Made by a program: the position numbers and the translations under genes
The notes under the pieces: model-generated
What the model was told of the DNA's origin: nothing
What the model saw: the letters and a program-made list of their open reading frames with translations, nothing else
Databases searched by the model: none
Part shown: positions 16,997 to 25,915 of the stretch, in pieces
Position numbering within the stretch: position 1 is the first letter of the stretch
Layout: every line of letters starts with the position of its first letter
NCBI GenBank assembly: GCA_028282465.1
Contig: JANQHX010000094.1
Span: forward strand, 38,265 to 70,264
Length of the DNA: 32,000 bases
From: Gynuella sp.
Lineage (GTDB): Bacteria > Pseudomonadota > Gammaproteobacteria > Pseudomonadales > Natronospirillaceae
Direction: 5' to 3'

Positions 16997-18514
16997 TCAT
17001 GGAGCCAATTCCTGAGTATTGGTTGAAACACCAGGAATTAAATTGATTAATTCAATAAATGGCTGGTTGTAGAAGAACAACACTAAACACCCAATACTGG
17101 TAATCACAATGGCGATTAAACTGGGCAGTGGCGCCTCTTTGGTTTGCGACCAAGACCAGGGCTGTTCATTTTTTTCCGGTGAATTAAAAAAAGCTTTAAT
17201 GGGAATAGGTAGAAGGTAAGCAATATTTAATAAAGAACTGATGGTCAAAACGGCTAGCACAATTAATTTATCCGCCTCTAACGCACCCACAAATAAAAAC
17301 CATTTGCTCCAGGTTCCAGCGAAAGGTGGCAAACCAATAATACTTAATGAGCCGATAGCAAATGCAATCATTGTGATTGGCATGGTACGACCCAGCCCTG
17401 CCATTTCACTGATATTTTTTTTATGAGCAGCCACCATAATGGCGCCCGCACAAAAGAATAACGTAATCTTGCCAACGGCATGGGTAACGATGTGAAGAGT
17501 GGCTCCTGCAGTGGCAACTGATGAAGCTAACAGCGCACCTAAAACAATATAACTGAGCTGGCTAACCGTTGAATAAGCAAGTCGCGCTTTCAAATTATCT
17601 TTGGTCATGGCAATGCATGAAGAAAGTAAAATGGTTGCCGCTGCGATATAAAGCATTAGATCTGCAGTGGGTACTTCTTTCAGACCATCAATACCAAATA
17701 TATAAATGGCCACTTTGAGAATACTGAAAACACCGGCTTTTACCACAGCGACCGCATGCAATAATGCGCTAACCGGTGTGGGTGCAACCATAGCCGCTGG
17801 CAACCACCGATGAAACGGCATGATTGCAGCTTTACCAATGCCGTAGCAAAACAGAACCAATAACACACCCAACACAAGGGGGTTATTGACCTCATTTAAA
17901 ATTCCGCCCGGTGTAAATTCCAAAATACCTGCAACTGACCAAGTACCCAATACTGCTAGCAAAAGAAATGCGATAGACGTACTCAATAGAATGCCTAAAT
18001 AGATTCTTCCACCCTTTTTCGCTTCGTAAGTACCTGCATGAGTCACCAATGGGTAGGTAGAGAGTGTCAGCACTTCATAAAAAACAAAAAGAGTGAGCAA
18101 GTTTCTAGAGAAACAAATAGCCATGACTGAACTAATTGCTAAAGCAAAACAGAAAAAGAATCGAGTTTGATTTTTCTCGTGATGACCACGCATATACCCA
18201 ATGGCGTAAATACTGGTAATAATCCAAAGAAAGCTGGCAACCAGTGCAAATAAAACACCCAATGGCTCAACTTCAAACGCCAAAGCAATACCTGGAACCA
18301 ATTCAACCCAGGTGACTTGCATTTGAACACCATTGAAGGCATTACTGGTAATGGCAAGTACGATGGTAAAAAGAATGATCGAGGTAGTAATGGTGACTGC
18401 TTCACGCAGGTTAGGTGACTTTCTAGCTGCCAATAAGGCACACCCACCAATTAAAGGAACAATAATCGCTAATAAAATTAATTGTGACGGTTCAACAAAC
18501 CCCCATAAGTTCAT
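16997..18514 (-). CDS. MrpD-like antiporter subunit (NuoM/N family), paralog 2
   Basis: 505-codon polytopic ORF with motifs WLPAAMVAPTPVSALLHAVAVVKAGVF, TLHIVTHAVGKITLFFCAG, GLGRTMPITM. A 4-nt ATGA-type overlap joins it to the upstream gene. Confidence 0.88.
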   Translation of the reverse strand: MNLWGFVEPSQLILLAIIVPLIGGCALLAARKSPNLREAVTITTSIILFTIVLAITSNAFNGVQMQVTWVELVPGIALAFEVEPLGVLFALVASFLWIITSIYAIGYMRGHHEKNQTRFFFCFALAISSVMAICFSRNLLTLFVFYEVLTLSTYPLVTHAGTYEAKKGGRIYLGILLSTSIAFLLLAVLGTWSVAGILEFTPGGILNEVNNPLVLGVLLVLFCYGIGKAAIMPFHRWLPAAMVAPTPVSALLHAVAVVKAGVFSILKVAIYIFGIDGLKEVPTADLMLYIAAATILLSSCIAMTKDNLKARLAYSTVSQLSYIVLGALLASSVATAGATLHIVTHAVGKITLFFCAGAIMVAAHKKNISEMAGLGRTMPITMIAFAIGSLSIIGLPPFAGTWSKWFLFVGALEADKLIVLAVLTISSLLNIAYLLPIPIKAFFNSPEKNEQPWSWSQTKEAPLPSLIAIVITSIGCLVLFFYNQPFIELINLIPGVSTNTQELAP

Positions 18515-20034
18515 GGTTTCATCTCCATTACTTGAGGCACTGAGGTTTGTGAATTTTCAAATAGCCATTGTGCGGCTGCGCTGGCTGCGTCAGTCGTTAG
18601 CGATGTATCAATGCCAAAATATAAATTGGCGATGACTAATATCCACATGGGTACCAGCATCAAATATGGCACTTCTTTAACTTGTTCAGGATCAGTGCCT
18701 TCGGGAAGTTTTTGGAAATAAGCCGCCTCTAAAATTCTACCTATATAGACGACCGCTAATAGCGACCCCAACAACACCAGCACAGCCACCAACCAATTAC
18801 CCTGATCCAATGCGGCGCTCACCAAATACCATTTACTAATAAAACCAACGGTCAGAGGCACACCGATAATACTTAGACCAGCTAAGGTAAATCCGGCCAT
18901 GGTCCAAGGCATGTGCTTACCCAACCCACGAAAGTCCTGCAAATTCACGGAACCCACTCGATAGAACACAGCACCAACCGCCATAAACAACGCACCCTTC
19001 ATTAAGGCATGGTTGAAAATATGAATGAGGCCTGCCATTAATCCAGCTGCACTGACTAATGCAATGCCCAAAACCATGTACCCAATTTGCGCAACAGAGC
19101 TAAAGGCTAAAACCGTTTTTACATTGTTCTGTACGGTTGCCATATAAGAGCACTTAAAAATAGCGACAACCGCAAGCACCATTAAAATCAGATCCATACC
19201 CATGTCATTAAATACATGGTCTGCCCCGAAAATGGTGAAGATAAAACGAATCATCACATACACTGCAACCTTGGTCGCCGTGCTGGCTAAAAACGCGGTA
19301 ACAGCAGATGGCGCGTGAGTGTAGGCAGGTGGTAACCACATATGCAGCGGAAACAATGCTAATTTAATTCCCACGCCAACCATCACAAACGCGAGACCCG
19401 TGTTGATGGTTCTACTGCTTTCATAAAGGTTTATGCGCACAGACAAATCAAGCATATTTAAAGTGCCGGTTTTCATATACAGCATACCGACACCGATCAA
19501 AATAAAGGTCGCGCCTATGGTTCCCATCACCAAATAGCGAAAGGCCGCGGTTAAACAACGGCGATCAGATGCAAGACTGACCAGTGTGTAGGTAGCAAGC
19601 GAAGAAATTTCCAAAAACACAAACAGGTTGAAGGCGTCGCCGGTAACCAAGATGCCAGAAAGACCTGCCAAACAAAGCATATGTGCCGTGTAAAACAGTA
19701 AGTGCTTATCGCTCTCAATTTCTTTAGCGACACTGTCTTTTGAATAAATCAAAACTAGGGTTGAAATGGCAGTGACCGCAAGCAAAACAAAAGCATTGGC
19801 AGCATCAATTCGTAATTCAATACCCCATGGTGCCATCCAACCACCCACAGCATAAGATAAAGAACCGCTCGCTAAGCAGGTTATTAATAATTGCCACGCA
19901 GCAATGGTTGCGAAACCACTCACTAGAGTTGCCACCATCCAAGCCAAGCTCGAACGGCCAACTAAAAGCACAATAGGCGCTGCTATCAGCGGTAATAAAA
20001 TGGGCAGCGCAGCTAAATGTTGTTCAAGCATCAA
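18511..20034 (-). CDS. MrpD-like antiporter subunit (NuoM/N family), paralog 1
   Basis: 507-codon polytopic ORF with motifs WLPPAYTHAPSAVTAFLASTATKVAVY, LIHIFNHALMKGALFMAVG, GLGKHMPWTM. It has 4-nt overlaps with both neighbouring genes. Confidence 0.88.
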   Translation of the reverse strand: MMLEQHLAALPILLPLIAAPIVLLVGRSSLAWMVATLVSGFATIAAWQLLITCLASGSLSYAVGGWMAPWGIELRIDAANAFVLLAVTAISTLVLIYSKDSVAKEIESDKHLLFYTAHMLCLAGLSGILVTGDAFNLFVFLEISSLATYTLVSLASDRRCLTAAFRYLVMGTIGATFILIGVGMLYMKTGTLNMLDLSVRINLYESSRTINTGLAFVMVGVGIKLALFPLHMWLPPAYTHAPSAVTAFLASTATKVAVYVMIRFIFTIFGADHVFNDMGMDLILMVLAVVAIFKCSYMATVQNNVKTVLAFSSVAQIGYMVLGIALVSAAGLMAGLIHIFNHALMKGALFMAVGAVFYRVGSVNLQDFRGLGKHMPWTMAGFTLAGLSIIGVPLTVGFISKWYLVSAALDQGNWLVAVLVLLGSLLAVVYIGRILEAAYFQKLPEGTDPEQVKEVPYLMLVPMWILVIANLYFGIDTSLTTDAASAAAQWLFENSQTSVPQVMEMKP

Positions 20035-20387
20035 ATTGCATCATCACTATTTTTAAACTCATTCTCTTCTACCGTGCCGTAAGCACGCTTGATTCTAATA
20101 ATGAGGGCTAAACCCACAGAAGTTGTTGCTACACCCACCACAATGGCGGTAAGAATCAACACATGGGGAAGCGGATTGGAATAAAGTTCAACACCTTCCA
20201 CGACAATGGGCGCGGTTCCACCGGTCACCTTTCCCATGGAGATATAAAGCATAAATACAGAAGTCTGAAAGATATTCAAACCTGCTATTTTTTTAACCAA
20301 ATTATTTGCTGATATGACAATATAAAAACCGGTCATCATGAGGAATACCACAACCCAATAATTGTAGTAGTCGAGAATAAAACTCAT
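20031..20387 (-). CDS. MrpC/MnhC-like subunit (NuoK-like)
   Basis: 118-codon three-TM ORF. NLVKKIAGLNIFQTSVFMLYIS and LPHVLILTAIVVGVATTSVGLALI are typical of MnhC/NuoK. It is overlap-coupled to both neighbours. Confidence 0.85.
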   Translation of the reverse strand: MSFILDYYNYWVVVFLMMTGFYIVISANNLVKKIAGLNIFQTSVFMLYISMGKVTGGTAPIVVEGVELYSNPLPHVLILTAIVVGVATTSVGLALIIRIKRAYGTVEENEFKNSDDAI

Positions 20388-21364
20388 GACACGTTTCTCC
20401 TTTCAGCTTGACTGGCAAAGGCGTAAAAAATGCTGAGCATTACCGCAAAAACAGTAATGCCAACGCCGAGTTCAATAATAATAATGCCGTAATGCTGACC
20501 ATGAACAGGATCATGGGCGAGCTTGTTGTAATCAAGAAAGTTACCACCCATAAACATGCTGTAGATTCCAACACTGGCATAAAGCAATACACCTAGCGGC
20601 GCCAGAATTTGCAGAAATTTTGGACTGATTACACGTAGTGCCATAGGTAACCCAAACACCAAGGCATAAAGAATAATGGCCGCCGCTGCTATCACGCCCG
20701 CTTGGAAACCACCCCCAGGGCCATAGTCACCGTGAAACTGAACATATAGGGCAAACAAGATCACAAATGGAATAATGATCTTAGCAACAACGTGCAAAAC
20801 CCGATGAGACTTAAGACCAGAGTCAGGGGCTTCATCATCTTCTTTGCGTCGAACACTTAACAGGGTCAACACGCCAATCATCGCGGCGAATACAACAACG
20901 GTTTCGCCCAATGTATCAAAGCCCCGGTAGCTCGCTAGTACAGACGTAACCATATTAGGCAAGCCCACTTCTACAGGAGACTGTTCTATATAACGTGGTG
21001 CCACATGTTGATGGATAGGATTATTAGCATCACCAAATGGAGGCATGTCTATGGTGCCATATATTAACGCTGCGCCCGTTACCGTCACCACAAGGAAGGG
21101 CAGTATAGAAGAATGCTTACTTTCTTTTTCCTTGCGCCCGGTGAGCGCTAAGGTGCTCAGCATTAATACAGTCGAAATACCAGCACCTACGGCCGCTTCA
21201 GTGAACGCAACATCAACCGCATCTAAGTTAATGAAAATGAGTGCAGACAAAAAGCTGTAAATACCGAACAGCATAACAACAGCGAAGAGATCTTTTAGAA
21301 AGATAATTCTCAATGCAGTGAGTGCTAACATCGACAATAAAACCAAATCTATAAGCACTGCCAT
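20384..21364 (-). CDS. MrpB/MnhB-like subunit with an N-terminal MbhD/MrpA-C-terminal-like (DUF4040-type) module
   Basis: 326-codon polytopic ORF. The N-terminal ~90 aa (LFAVVMLFGIYSFLSALIFINLDAVDVAFTEAAVGAGISTVL) resemble the MbhD/DUF4040 segment. The remainder (RGFDTLGETVVVFAAMIGVLTLL...) resembles the MnhB domain. Confidence 0.75.
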   Translation of the reverse strand: MAVLIDLVLLSMLALTALRIIFLKDLFAVVMLFGIYSFLSALIFINLDAVDVAFTEAAVGAGISTVLMLSTLALTGRKEKESKHSSILPFLVVTVTGAALIYGTIDMPPFGDANNPIHQHVAPRYIEQSPVEVGLPNMVTSVLASYRGFDTLGETVVVFAAMIGVLTLLSVRRKEDDEAPDSGLKSHRVLHVVAKIIIPFVILFALYVQFHGDYGPGGGFQAGVIAAAAIILYALVFGLPMALRVISPKFLQILAPLGVLLYASVGIYSMFMGGNFLDYNKLAHDPVHGQHYGIIIIELGVGITVFAVMLSIFYAFASQAERRNVS

Positions 21365-21365
21365 A

Positions 21366-21689
21366 TTATGAATTCTCTTTTTTCTTTTTAGACTCTGGAA
21401 TACTCAAAAGACCACCGTGACGGGCAGATTTTGCTAAGGCATGGGACGCAGTTGGGCTGGTAATCATTAAAAAGAGCAAAATAAATATTAACTTTGCCGT
21501 ATTTAAATCGAATTGGGTTTGCAGCATTAAGCCAGTCAAAATCAAAATGGATGCGATTGATTCGGTCACACTGGCAGCATGTACTCGCGTGAAAAAGTCT
21601 GGAAATCGGAATAAACCCAATGCACCGGTAAAACCAAAAAACACCCCGACAAGCAAAAGAACGCCACTAAGAATATCCAAAAAGAACAT
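21366..21689 (-). CDS. MrpG/MnhG-like subunit
   Basis: 107-codon ORF with an AAGGA RBS 6 nt upstream. It carries the MnhG signature GALGLFRFPDFFTRVHAAS. Confidence 0.85.
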   Translation of the reverse strand: MFFLDILSGVLLLVGVFFGFTGALGLFRFPDFFTRVHAASVTESIASILILTGLMLQTQFDLNTAKLIFILLFLMITSPTASHALAKSARHGGLLSIPESKKKKENS

Positions 21690-21710
21690 GCTCTATCCTT
21701 AACCTGTTTG

Positions 21711-21977
21711 TTATTCGATGGGTGCGATGTATTCAAAAAATCGCAACACCGCAATCATTCCAATGAAATTAATAAGCGCATAGACGATGGCGATATCAAG
21801 AAAATCAGGACGCCCCATTAGAAAACCTACCGCCGCGATGAATAACACAGTTTTAGTGCCAAACATATTAACGCCCAAGATTCGGTCATAAACGGTGTCG
21901 GCATAACAGGCTCGGGCTAGGGCCAGCCCCATTACCACTAAAATGGCGATACAAACCGTCGCGAGCACTCCGATCAT
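21711..21977 (-). CDS. MrpF/MnhF-like subunit
   Basis: Three-TM ORF with VYDRILGVNMFGTKTV... as in MnhF. I prefer the ATG at 21977, which forms an ATGA overlap with the MrpE stop. The ORF track start at 21992 is 5 codons longer. Confidence 0.8.
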   Translation of the reverse strand: MIGVLATVCIAILVVMGLALARACYADTVYDRILGVNMFGTKTVLFIAAVGFLMGRPDFLDIAIVYALINFIGMIAVLRFFEYIAPIE

Positions 21978-22450
21978 TTGTTTTCTCCCCAAATACTGGT
22001 GATTTTTCGTTCCATTTCACCAGATTTCAGATCATCAATAGACTCTTTCTGTAACGCATGAACGGTAATCTCGCCATCTTCCAAATCAACACTCATGGTA
22101 CCAGGGGTAAGAGTAATGGAGTTTGCATAGAGAACTCTTGATGCTTCGCGAGTGTTTTGAACGGAAATCTTTTCTAAGGAAGGTGAAAGCTTAATCGTTG
22201 GAGACCAAATTAAACGGGTAACCTGGACACTGGATAATACGATTTGCCAAAACAACCACACAACGTAACGCAGCATGCGGTGACCGATACTAATGACCAT
22301 GGGTTCTTCATCTGCTTTATCCATGCGCCTAAGAAACACTAACACGATAACCACAGACAACACGCCGAATCCGAGCATCAAAGGCTTGAAATAACCTGAA
22401 AGCAGCATCCAAAACACCGCTAAAAACAACGTCCATTTTCCGAAATGCAT
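21974..22450 (-). CDS. MrpE/MnhE-like subunit
   Basis: MHFGKWTLFLAVFWMLLSGYF... has a typical MnhE N-terminus, with an AGGA RBS 9 nt upstream of the ATG at 22450. The 43 extra N-terminal codons in the ORF-track version (start 22579) look non-coding and contain a TATAAT box. Confidence 0.78.
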   Translation of the reverse strand: MHFGKWTLFLAVFWMLLSGYFKPLMLGFGVLSVVIVLVFLRRMDKADEEPMVISIGHRMLRYVVWLFWQIVLSSVQVTRLIWSPTIKLSPSLEKISVQNTREASRVLYANSITLTPGTMSVDLEDGEITVHALQKESIDDLKSGEMERKITSIWGENK

Positions 22451-22495
22451 ATCATTGTTTCCTAAATCGCTCGTTTTCCCGAGTATTATCAACGA

Positions 22496-22524
22496 ATTAT
22501 AGCCGTCATTTAATGTAATAACGA
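22496..22524 (-). promoter_or_regulatory. Candidate promoter of the Mrp-like operon
   Basis: On the minus strand: TCGTTA, a 17-nt spacer, then TATAAT (perfect -10, weak -35), about 45 nt upstream of the preferred MrpE start. Confidence 0.3.
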
Positions 22525-23213
22525 CACTATAGCTACTTTGTTTTACAACTGATTTTATTGTTTCATACAAATTAGGCAAATTTTGTGCTTTAAAATAGCG
22601 AGATTGATGAGTTAAATGACAGATCGCAAGCTGACACTTTTAAAGCAGTGGTTTTTGGTGATCCAATATTTACGGAAGCCAAGCTCTTGCGTGACAAACA
22701 CCAGCTTGATAGAACATATAATGCTCGGTATCAATAGCTTGCCTTCCAGATACTCGCGACAGAACTTCAAGTGCCCTTTTCTTTCTGCATCAGTCATTAA
22801 TTCACTAATGAGCATCAGCCAGCTCATTAAAACTTTATCGGGCGATCCAAAACTATTTTCCTAATAGCACATAACTAATGATAGGTATCAAAAGGACAAT
22901 ATTTCCATATCGAAATTATTAGTCTTCATAAAATGATTTAACTACTAAGAATATCCAATGGCAGAGTCATTAAAAAATATATTTATTTAGCTAAGGGGTA
23001 ATTGCCACTTTAGCTTTCGCGTCTTGTTATTTCATTGGCATATTCTTCAATTAAAATTTGACAAGACTAATTTCGATCACCTCGTTTTTTAGCATGATGC
23101 TTTATTGGAAAAAATAAAAACACTTTTTTGGTCAAACAGCCCCCTCTATTCCTTTACTTACCGGTATTTGAAAACTATACATATGTGAGTTGTAGAAATA
23201 GATTAAGAAGTAA

Positions 23214-25889
23214 ATGACACGTCGTACCGATATTGGTCTAAGGCAGGCCATAAGTAATATTGAGCGAATGATGATGGCTGATCCAGAGATGGATCGTGTA
23301 CTCAGTAGATGCCTTTATCAGCTTTTATCTTTATTTAAATCACCCAATGGTTATGTGTTTGAGTGTTACGATACCACTGAAAACCATATCCCTTGGCAAT
23401 TGGCTGCTTACATAAAATCCAATAACGGGGTGTTAACTGAAGAAGACTTCTTTACCACCTCTAGCTTTATCCCCGAAGACCTCAAATCAAAACTGTTAGC
23501 TGGGCGAATAATTGTCGAAACCGAATTTGAAGACAGTGCCATCCCGTTTCCTAAAACTGATCAACCGATCAAGAACTGTATTGTTGTACCTATTGTCGAT
23601 GCGAAACGCATCCATGCAGTATTCGTGCTGTTCGATACCCCAAAGCTAGGCGACCATCTCGCCGAAATCCAAAATAGGCTAAGACCCTTTAATTCAGCCT
23701 GTTTGTGCCTCTTGAATGCCATAGAAAAACGCAGAGTGTTTCAGGCACCCAAGGTGTTTCCACCCACTATTAGCGACCACCCGGAACAATTGCTAGGTGT
23801 TTTAGACAGCCTATTCAATAGCGTTATCATCGTTAACCAAGATGACTTAATCGTCATTTGCAATCAGGCTGCGGCTGCACTTCTTTCTACCTCTCGTCGA
23901 AATATGATTGGCAGTAATATTTCTGAATTTCTACCCAGAGGCGCGCCTTACATTACCAGTCGCCTTAAAGCTCAGCTCAATGGCAGCAACACCAACCATA
24001 AGTCTGCAAGAATTTGGCGAGGTGTTCCCGCAGTTACAGCTGAACAGAAAAATATTATTGTTGACCTGAGCGCTTTTGAAATTCGAGACGGCGATCGTCA
24101 ATTATTAGGCATTGTGCTAAACGACATCAGTGACCGATTAAAGTCTACTTCTGAGTATCATGAAACTCTTCAACGCTTTCAGGTCATTACTAACCTAGCT
24201 CCCGTTGCAATCTTGCAATTAAATAGAGATTGGGAGTGCACCTATGTTAATGATACCTGGTGCGACTATTGTCAGATGACACCAGACGAGACTGAGGGAA
24301 CCGGATGGATAAACGGTGTTCATCGTTCAGATATAGACCAAGTTCTGAATGAGTTAAGAGTTAAAACTAATTTAGAAGGTAAATATGAAGGAGAATTTCG
24401 ATTAGTCACACCTTTAGGCCGAATCATTTGGGTAAAGGCCAACGCCTGTAGCCTTTATTCTGAAGAGGGTGAGATATCTGGACTAATCATCACGTTCCAC
24501 GACATTACTGAGCATTTGAGAAAAGAAGAAAAACTCAAAGACATCGCCGAAAAAGATCAGCTTACCGGTTTAATTAACCGAACTTTATTTAACGACCGAC
24601 TAGAGATTGCCCTTAGTGGCGTTTCTCGTTTTGGCGCTGTGGCATTGATGTTCATTGATTTAGATGAGTTTAAGATGATTAATGACACCATGGGTCACGA
24701 CGCTGGCGATGAGTTATTAAAAGTTGTGGCAAGCCGATTTAGAAAAAACATTCGAAAAGTGGATACCATTGCACGAATTGGCGGCGATGAGTTTACGGTG
24801 ATTCTCACATCCGTCACCAACACCCACTCCATAACCTCAATAGCTGACAAGTTAATTGAGTCGTTGCAAGAACCAATCTATCTTAGTAATAAATGTATTT
24901 ATGTTACGTGCAGCATAGGTATTGCTGTTGCTGAAGACTCGAAAACCAATAGCAAGTCTCTTTTAAAATATGCCGACTCCGCTTTATACCGAGCTAAAGA
25001 CTCAGGTCGAAATCAATATAAGTTTTATACAGAAGAGCTAGACAAGAACGCGCATGTTCACATCCGTCTTAAACAAAGTATTCGTGAAAACGCAAACCGC
25101 GATTTTCATTTGGTATTCCAGCCACAGGTGAATGTAAAAACTGGTGACATAGTCGGGCTTGAAGCACTAGCGCGATGGTCCCATCCAGACCTAGAACCCA
25201 TTGGGCCTAGCGTGTTTATTAAAATGATTGAAGAGTCGGGGCTAATTAAAGACTTTTCAGAGTGGCTACTGACTGAAACATTTTCCACCATGAAGCGATG
25301 GCAAGACCAAGGCCTAATGGATGGAATACGAGTTTCAATAAACCTGTCTGCCAAACAATTCAGAGATAAATCATTAGCGACTTATCTTTATCAGAAAGCA
25401 CGAGAACATGATATTGCCCCCAAATCTGTCATTCTAGAAGTCACAGAAACAGCATTAATTGACGATTCAAGCGTTACTCAAAAAACATTGAACCGCCTTG
25501 CCAGTATGGGGTTTGATTTATCACTAGATGATTTTGGTACTGGTTATTCATCATTAAGCTACTTACGCACAATGCCATTAAAAGGGGTGAAGATAGACAG
25601 ATCCTTCACCAAAGACGTGCTTCACGATGATGAAGACGCAAAAATTGTTACCGCCATTATTCAATTAGCCGGCGCTCTTGAATTAGATCTTGTGGCAGAA
25701 GGGGTAGAAAATGTGTCTGTAATGGAATGGTTAAAGGAACGTCATTGTTACATTCACCAAGGCTTTCATTTTTATGAGCCACTCATAATTGACGATACCG
25801 AACAGGAACTTTTCAACAGGATGAACAACACAACCACTAATCAAAATGTTATAAGACTGGTAACGGAAAACAGAAATAACTTACTATGA
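23214..25889 (+). CDS. GAF-like/PAS/PAS/GGDEF/EAL c-di-GMP turnover protein
   Basis: 891-codon ORF with an N-terminal GAF-like region and two PAS-like segments (LDSLFNSVIIVNQDDLIVICNQAAA...; APVAILQLNRDWECTYVNDTWCDYCQMT...). The GGDEF domain has an intact RIGGDEF (nt 24780-24794) and an RxxD I-site (RKVD) five residues upstream. The EAL domain has EALARW, EVTE, DDFGTGYSSLSYL, KIDRSF and EGVE. Confidence 0.92.
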   Translation: MTRRTDIGLRQAISNIERMMMADPEMDRVLSRCLYQLLSLFKSPNGYVFECYDTTENHIPWQLAAYIKSNNGVLTEEDFFTTSSFIPEDLKSKLLAGRIIVETEFEDSAIPFPKTDQPIKNCIVVPIVDAKRIHAVFVLFDTPKLGDHLAEIQNRLRPFNSACLCLLNAIEKRRVFQAPKVFPPTISDHPEQLLGVLDSLFNSVIIVNQDDLIVICNQAAAALLSTSRRNMIGSNISEFLPRGAPYITSRLKAQLNGSNTNHKSARIWRGVPAVTAEQKNIIVDLSAFEIRDGDRQLLGIVLNDISDRLKSTSEYHETLQRFQVITNLAPVAILQLNRDWECTYVNDTWCDYCQMTPDETEGTGWINGVHRSDIDQVLNELRVKTNLEGKYEGEFRLVTPLGRIIWVKANACSLYSEEGEISGLIITFHDITEHLRKEEKLKDIAEKDQLTGLINRTLFNDRLEIALSGVSRFGAVALMFIDLDEFKMINDTMGHDAGDELLKVVASRFRKNIRKVDTIARIGGDEFTVILTSVTNTHSITSIADKLIESLQEPIYLSNKCIYVTCSIGIAVAEDSKTNSKSLLKYADSALYRAKDSGRNQYKFYTEELDKNAHVHIRLKQSIRENANRDFHLVFQPQVNVKTGDIVGLEALARWSHPDLEPIGPSVFIKMIEESGLIKDFSEWLLTETFSTMKRWQDQGLMDGIRVSINLSAKQFRDKSLATYLYQKAREHDIAPKSVILEVTETALIDDSSVTQKTLNRLASMGFDLSLDDFGTGYSSLSYLRTMPLKGVKIDRSFTKDVLHDDEDAKIVTAIIQLAGALELDLVAEGVENVSVMEWLKERHCYIHQGFHFYEPLIIDDTEQELFNRMNNTTTNQNVIRLVTENRNNLL

Positions 25890-25915
25890 CCCAGTATTAA
25901 ATTAAACCACAAAGT

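Noticed and set aside
15278-21260. Assorted 60-103-aa ORFs inside or antisense to the Mrp-like genes (for example 15278-15538, 15407-15619, 15820-16279, 16385-16648, 17241-17426, 18139-18450, 18333-18635, 19551-19733, 20408-20596, 21045-21260, 21566-21754)
   Set aside because: They are fully nested in long, overlap-coupled membrane-protein genes with clear family motifs. They are frame artefacts.
22451-22579. N-terminal 43 codons of the 201-aa version of the MrpE ORF
   Set aside because: This sequence (MPNLYETIKSVVKQSSYSVVITLNDGYNSLIILGKTSDLGNND) is not membrane-protein-like and contains a perfect TATAAT. The internal ATG at 22450 has an AGGA RBS and begins the conserved MnhE hydrophobic N-terminus.
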